Of a DNA stretch of 64,000 nucleotides, positions 58,479 through 64,000 are shown piece by piece. Below the pieces are notes generated by a model. That model was not told the DNA's origin and made no database searches. It saw only the letters and a program-made list of their open reading frames with translations. The stretch comes from Auanema rhodensis (Eukaryota > Animalia > Nematoda): the NCBI GenBank assembly GCA_964057225.1, contig OZ059898.1, positions 6,448,001 to 6,512,000 on the forward strand, read 5' to 3'. Made by a program: the position numbers and the translations under genes. The number at the start of each line of letters is the position of its first letter. The stretch's first letter is position 1.

Positions 58479-59758
58479 CTACCAAAAATTAGCCATAGGG
58501 GCTGGGTAGACTTGAGGTTGAGGCATGTACCACATATGATTCATATCGTACCACATTGGATTGAAGAACCATTGAGAATCTTGAAAGTCTTTACCGAATG
58601 TCATCGGTGCAGGGAAAGTTTGGAACTAAAAAACAGAATTAAAAATGTAATTTACAGGTGTTATTCTCTACCTTTTGTGGAAATTCTACTGCTCTCTTAG
58701 GAGAAGGTTCATCACAAGTAGGAGGGCTAGTGGAGTTTCTTTTGCGATCAGAATTTTCTCTAAATCCCTTAGCAAATGGATTCATGTCAATCTTCAGTCT
58801 AAAAATTTAAAAAGTAATATAAAAACTAGATTAAATTAATAACCTAGTGATTTCTAAGTTTTGATAAGCAGTTACAGCCACAAAGGATGTGAACGGGTGT
58901 TTGATTGAGGCAACCAAATGGCAACAATCTAAGTTAGGCATAGTAGAATCAATCCAGATTTCAGCTTTAGTTGGTACTTCATAAATCTTGAGTACAGGAA
59001 TATATTTATGCATGGATTGCAGAACAATCTGGAAAGGTAATTCATCAATTACGGGATAATCTCATTATCATATAATAGGTATTGGACTCGTGCCTATTGT
59101 CTAATTACTATATAACTCAAGAGGTCTCTTGTAGTCACCATACCCTATGGCAAAAAATGGTACAAATTGCTTCAGGCATATATAGCATTACACAGAGGAT
59201 AATTAAAAAATTAAACATTTGAGAATCAATTTAAAAAAAAGTTAACTTACTGCGCAGTAATCAGTTGTGTTGATATTATTTGTAAGACGAATACGGTCAA
59301 ATGAATTTTTACGATCCATCCAATATTCTCCAGATTTAACTCCATCATAATGAATAACAGGTCTCTCAATTAGCCTTGGCTCAGCCATACCGTTAGTATG
59401 CCATTCACCAGCACTGAATTTGTATCTAAAGAAGAAAATATAAAGGATTTTTTCTAAATATAGCCTACTTATGATCATCGACCCTCTCCATACTAACAGA
59501 TAACGCATACAGAGCATTAGGATTTAATCCAGTAAGTGTATATTCAAGCTTTGGAAACATTTTTCTGAAAAATTAAACTTTAGGAATCATTTAATTGCAT
59601 AAAAGAAACTACCTTCCAGACTTTGTTACTATCATTTCCATAGTATAACGATAAAATTTTTTCCACATTTCTTCTGTAGTAATACTAGCATGAATTGGAG
59701 AAGAGACTGAATTTGAGCAGTGAGGTGGCATACATAGGTTGCTAACAGCAGGAATCAT
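58479..59758 (-). CDS. Divergent nematode T-box transcription factor
   Basis: MWKKFY...EMIVTKSGRKMFP...YKFSAGEW...LQSMHKYIP...FVAVTAYQN...LKIDMNPFAKGFRE. Confidence 0.92.
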
Positions 59759-59801
59759 TCTGTAAAGGTAATGATTAAGCTTGAAATATAGATGAAAATA
59801 T

Positions 59802-60155
59802 ATCAAAGATGGGAAGCATTTCTGAACAGAAAGTGGAGAGAACACTGAATGGAGCAGAAGACTAAATGTGAATGGAGGTATGACAGGAGCATAACAACCG
59901 TACAAGGTTAAACTCCGCCCTATTTGCCTAGAGCAACTTACAAGGAACGCGTGAGAAATACCTCTAGCTATTTCCACACCTATTCTACCAGGTCCACCTA
60001 ACAATTGCGTATTGGGTTATATTCTTACACCCTAGTCAAACTCTAAATCTATAACGGGTAGACAATATTTAGGCTTTGGCCCTGAACAAATTGCCTGAAG
60101 TTTTGTTGATATGTGAACATCCTTGTTCGATGATAGGTGTGAAACAAGTGTGAAC
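59802..60155. promoter_or_regulatory. Upstream region of the T-box gene with T-box half-sites, CSL-type and TCF-type motifs
   Basis: AGGTGTGAAA 60135-60144, AAGTGTGAAC 60146-60155, TTCCACACCT 59972-59981, CGTGAGAA 59950-59957, ATCAAAG+ATGGGAA 59802-59815. Confidence 0.5.
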
Positions 60156-61409
60156 GGAAAATATTAAAATACTTGTCCAAATTAGACTGATTTGTTTGAT
60201 TCTCTTTTCAATTTTAAAAACAAAGATTAACGAATGTTTAATTACATGTTTCAGATAACAAACTTTATACGAATCATTGAAAAAGACATTATATTATTCA
60301 AAATGAAATGAAAATACAAGAAAAAAAGAATAATTAAGTTTGCAATTAAGATAAATAAGTATTGCTCACATTAAAAACGTTTCAAATTAATTTGAACCGA
60401 TTGAAGGACTACCTCATCATATCATTATAGCACGTTTTTTATTTCATATTATACCTATTTGAATTAATTATTCGTCATATTACTCCCTCCAGATATATCC
60501 AAATATTAATAGTGTGTTGTTAATCTTGATTCTGTTATCTTCTTGTCTTTCCTTTTAACCGCCGCGGTTGTTTAAGTCTCAGACACAAATATGAGGCTGG
60601 CAAATGATATACAACCACTCACAATGTCTTCGTGTCTTCTTTTCTTCATCTCTTTAACATCATTTATGGCTCTTTTCAAGGGTCATATGAACGACAGATG
60701 TAGTGATATTCAAGTTGAAATAATCTGGTAATAGTATAATCAAGTTTTTATATATAATGATTACTTTTATTCTTTTAATATGTTCGAAATTCGAATTAAT
60801 CTTCAATGTCGAACGCTTCGTTATCGCTGTTCAATTCACTAAAATAACAGCTGATTCTGACTATATGATATGAAACCTTTATTAATCAATGATATTAAGT
60901 TGTACAAAGTTCTTTACTCTATCACTGGATCATGGAGACAATTTAGAATTTGTACAAATGAATTTAGTTTTAGTGATTATGATGGAAGTAGCATTCTTGA
61001 ATTAGCATCAATGTTCCCATGTCACCTGAGTTGTGGCAAAGAAATGGTGAAATCCGTATGAATATTAGAGATCGTAAAGTTGTTAAAGGAAACAATTCGA
61101 AAGATAAAATTGAAAATAATCATAGAAAGAATACAAATTTTGAGAAGGTTTACATGAGATATATAATCCAATAGAAAAATAAATTTTAGCTCTAATAGAC
61201 AGACACCCGTTTTCATAGATAAAACCAGGGATATTTGACTATAGTCATGATAAGATGCAACGCCAATTAACGTAATTCCGATTAATCAGAATTGTTCTGA
61301 ATCAATTTGGTAAAGGGCCAATACTACAGTAGTTACAAGCCAATCTACTGCGTTATGTATCTAATTGGGCTATGACCATATAGTCAATCTTCAATCTTAT
61401 AAAACTAAT

Positions 61410-61723
61410 TTAAGAGTTTTGATGATCATCTTGTGTTGATTCATCGCTTTCGTTTCCGACTGTTTCGCCTTCTCCTTTGCTTTCTTTCTTGTGTTTCATC
61501 CGACGATTTTGGAACCATATTTTCACCTGAACAATAACTTATGACACAATTCTCGATAACGCAACTACCTGTCGTTCTGTTAATTGAAGACTTTCACTAA
61601 TTTCTTGCCGTCGCTTTCGAGTTAAATATTTGTTATAGTGGAATTCCTTTTCTAGTTCTAAAGTCTGATTTCTTGAGTAGGTCTGCCGTGTACGTTTAGA
61701 TTCTCCTGTCTTGGTCCCGGCTA
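61410..61723 (-). CDS. mab-5: Hox gene mab-5, last two coding exons (homeodomain); upstream exons not found in the window
   Basis: [45 protein letters not shown]|[15 protein letters not shown]; exons 61723-61569 and 61526-61410. Confidence 0.92.
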
Positions 61724-61879
61724 CTGAAACTACAAAAATATGTTTTATTTCGATCAAAAACATTCTCATTGTAAAGTCCCTTTATTTGTCAAGTTTTCAC
61801 ATGTTTTGCTCATTTTTCTCAAAAACTCAAAGCTTTTCGCACTACAAGCCAGCCGTTAGAAAGAGCTGAGATAGAAAAG

Positions 61880-61970
61880 ACGCGTGGCGGTTGCAATGCG
61901 GCTTCACGACCCTGTGCGGTTTCTTTGATCTGCCCGGGCCACGAGAAATCTGGTGGCCGAGATTTATGAC
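61880..61970. promoter_or_regulatory. Candidate Wnt/POP-1 response element in the mab-5 intron
   Basis: CTTTGAT 61923-61929 within a GC island carrying GCCG-type helper motifs, plus AGATTTATGA 61960-61969. Confidence 0.5.
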
Positions 61971-63508
61971 TATCGAGACGAAGAGGAAAATGAGAAAGAC
62001 TAGGAATTACGATCACTACTGCAGTCAGCCAGGATCTTGTCTCAACAGAAGCAGAAACATCAACAGATTGATAGCAATATGCCCACCGGATGGAACACAA
62101 TACTCTCAGAATCTCCAAAAAGTAAATTTTAAAGTTGATTACTGTGACATTTTAAAACACTGTAGATTTTCATAGATCACAATACCTCTAAACTGTATTG
62201 ATTCTCACATTAAGAGCTAAGGATTAAACGATAAGTACTACTATTAGGGCCTAGATTACCATATTGTCTTAAGGGCGCAAATCTATCCTCATGGCATTCG
62301 ACCTATGGCTAAAAATGATTTGTAATTTTCATCCAAAATTTCAACAGTATATCAAGCTGTTTGTCTGTCATACATTACCAGGAATACATAAATCTTTTTT
62401 TGAGCTGCTCGAAAATAGATCCTGGCTGGGCGCAATATCCATTTGCTTGTTTTCTCCGTGCTATCTTCGTTTAGCACGCTCTCTAGCCGCAAGCGGGATA
62501 CGGTAGCATTTCAGACTGGGTCTCATCATAGATGTTGAAATACAGGTGTCATCTTAATGGAGCACCATTTGCCAATTGGACATGTATAAAAGCCACTATT
62601 TTATGCAAAAAAATCTAGTTGTATTTAAAATAATCACAAAATATTAGTATAAGCTAACTTGTACAATAGAAAATAATTGACAAGTGTAGACCATCAGCTT
62701 TATATAATACGAATTTGATTAACATATTTTCTTTCAAAATTGCTATTAGCTCCGGAAATCATAAAAATTAATCTAAGTTCCCCCTTTATTTCAATCGTTG
62801 TCGCTTAGTTATCACCATCTTACGGTTCAAACACAGGGAAGTGGTGAATTCATCAGGTCAGAAACGTAGTGGAAACGACGTCGGTGATGATCAAGACGAT
62901 GAGAACATATTCCTTTCTTTCTTCATCAACGTCGTTGTCGTCGTTGTCTTTCTCTCTATTGATTTTATCTGTTACGTGAGACCGACCGCACACTGAATAC
63001 TGTAGTCAGTCATCAACTAATGCTAGTATGTCCTCTATACGATAAATAATTGTTTTATATTATGAAGCCATTCTAGCTAGAAAAGATTGATTTATTAATT
63101 TCAAAATTTTCTTGTAGAATCAGGCAAATTGATTACAATAAGTGATTTAATTGGATGACTTCACCTTGTAAGATTAGGCCACTCCAGCTTTATAAGATGG
63201 TAATATTCAACATTACTCTTAGATCAAGAATTTTAAAGAGTTTATTGTTTTCGAATGAAAAATATTACTTATAATATTCTTAATAATAAATTGTCTATTA
63301 ATATTTTATAATATATTTAGTCATAATAACAGTATTCACTATTTATTGGTTATAACTTGAAAATATTTCCACAAAGACCTGTTGAGATAATTTGCTATAT
63401 TTCAAAATCAAGAAGTCTATATGGTCAATAGATATATCAGAAAAGTGGCATAGTAAGATTTGTGTAGACAAGACTGAAAATTGCCTTTTCGGGAGCATAT
63501 GTTGCATG

Positions 63509-63537
63509 GTCGGCGTACATCAAAGACAGAGCCGCAA
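63509..63537. promoter_or_regulatory. Second candidate Wnt/POP-1 response element in the mab-5 intron
   Basis: GTCGGC (GCCGAC reversed), ATCAAAG 63519-63525, GCCGCAA 63531-63537. Confidence 0.5.
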
Positions 63538-64000
63538 AGGATGGACAAAAATTTTATTTTAAATTTCACCCAGCTGAACCATAATTTTGTCTTTCAATGA
63601 ACAAAAAAGCCATGTGTTATTGTTGTATTTTTGCCGGAGATGATATAGACGGTGTGGAAGATTTGAATTTAATATGATGAAGTGAACTAATAGTTTCATT
63701 TCAACATTATTTTTAGAGAGAAATAAAAACTAATGTGAGGAGAGTGTAAAGATTCATGAAAGGTACCATTCGGACAAAGGAGAGAGTTTTCATCGCACCA
63801 CACAGTGGTATCTTACATTCACATCACCTTCACGATGATCTGAAGAAAAAAATGGATAATAAGCAGCTATAAAAGTAACATATTTATGACCAAATATGGA
63901 TTATATTGATTGTATTCCGATAATCTTGAAGAAAATATAATAGACTCTGGTTCGTAATATTCTATCTCATATAGTTTTAACCTTTGAATAACTCTAATAA

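Noticed and set aside
61819-62175. Overlapping ORFs on both strands in the mab-5 intron
   Set aside because: Explained by a GC-rich enhancer island; no hexapeptide or Hox N-terminal features.
62505-62535. Hammerhead-like or C/D-like TGATGA...GAAA on the minus strand
   Set aside because: Core C3 is missing, an extra base precedes GAAA, and the C-to-D spacing is too short for a snoRNA.

Overview
AT-rich, gene-dense eukaryotic DNA from a rhabditid-type (clade V-like) nematode. The evidence is many 38-55 nt introns, acceptor sites just upstream of start codons (trans-splice-like) and C. elegans-like proteins. The ORF track is fragmented by introns, so genes were rebuilt by manual splicing. From left to right: twk-7-like K2P channel (+), dnj-10/Tid1 (-), DDX42 helicase (+), a membrane protein with FAM134/RETREG-like motifs and a C-terminal LIR (+), immp-1 (+), gbf-1 (+), a CD36/SCARB scavenger receptor (+), ced-11-like TRP channel with a NUDT9-like tail (-), SMAP ArfGAP (-), let-767 (-), rpn-13 (-), an atypical globin (-), an orphan gene (-), mrps-10 (-), a possible micro-gene (-), a GGACT-like cyclotransferase (+), a CDV3-like gene (-), a divergent T-box gene (-) and the 3' exons of the Hox gene mab-5 (-). 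The best candidate for an undescribed system is the gene at 15326-17344. It looks like a nematode ER-phagy receptor (reticulon-like N-terminus, long Trp-rich amphipathic helix array, acidic tail collinear with RETREG3, terminal DDEFEVL LIR) and has a TFEB/HLH-30-type E-box and a two-codon uORF upstream. No rRNA, tRNA, CRISPR array or intact transposon was recognised. All homologue comparisons are from memory and need database confirmation.
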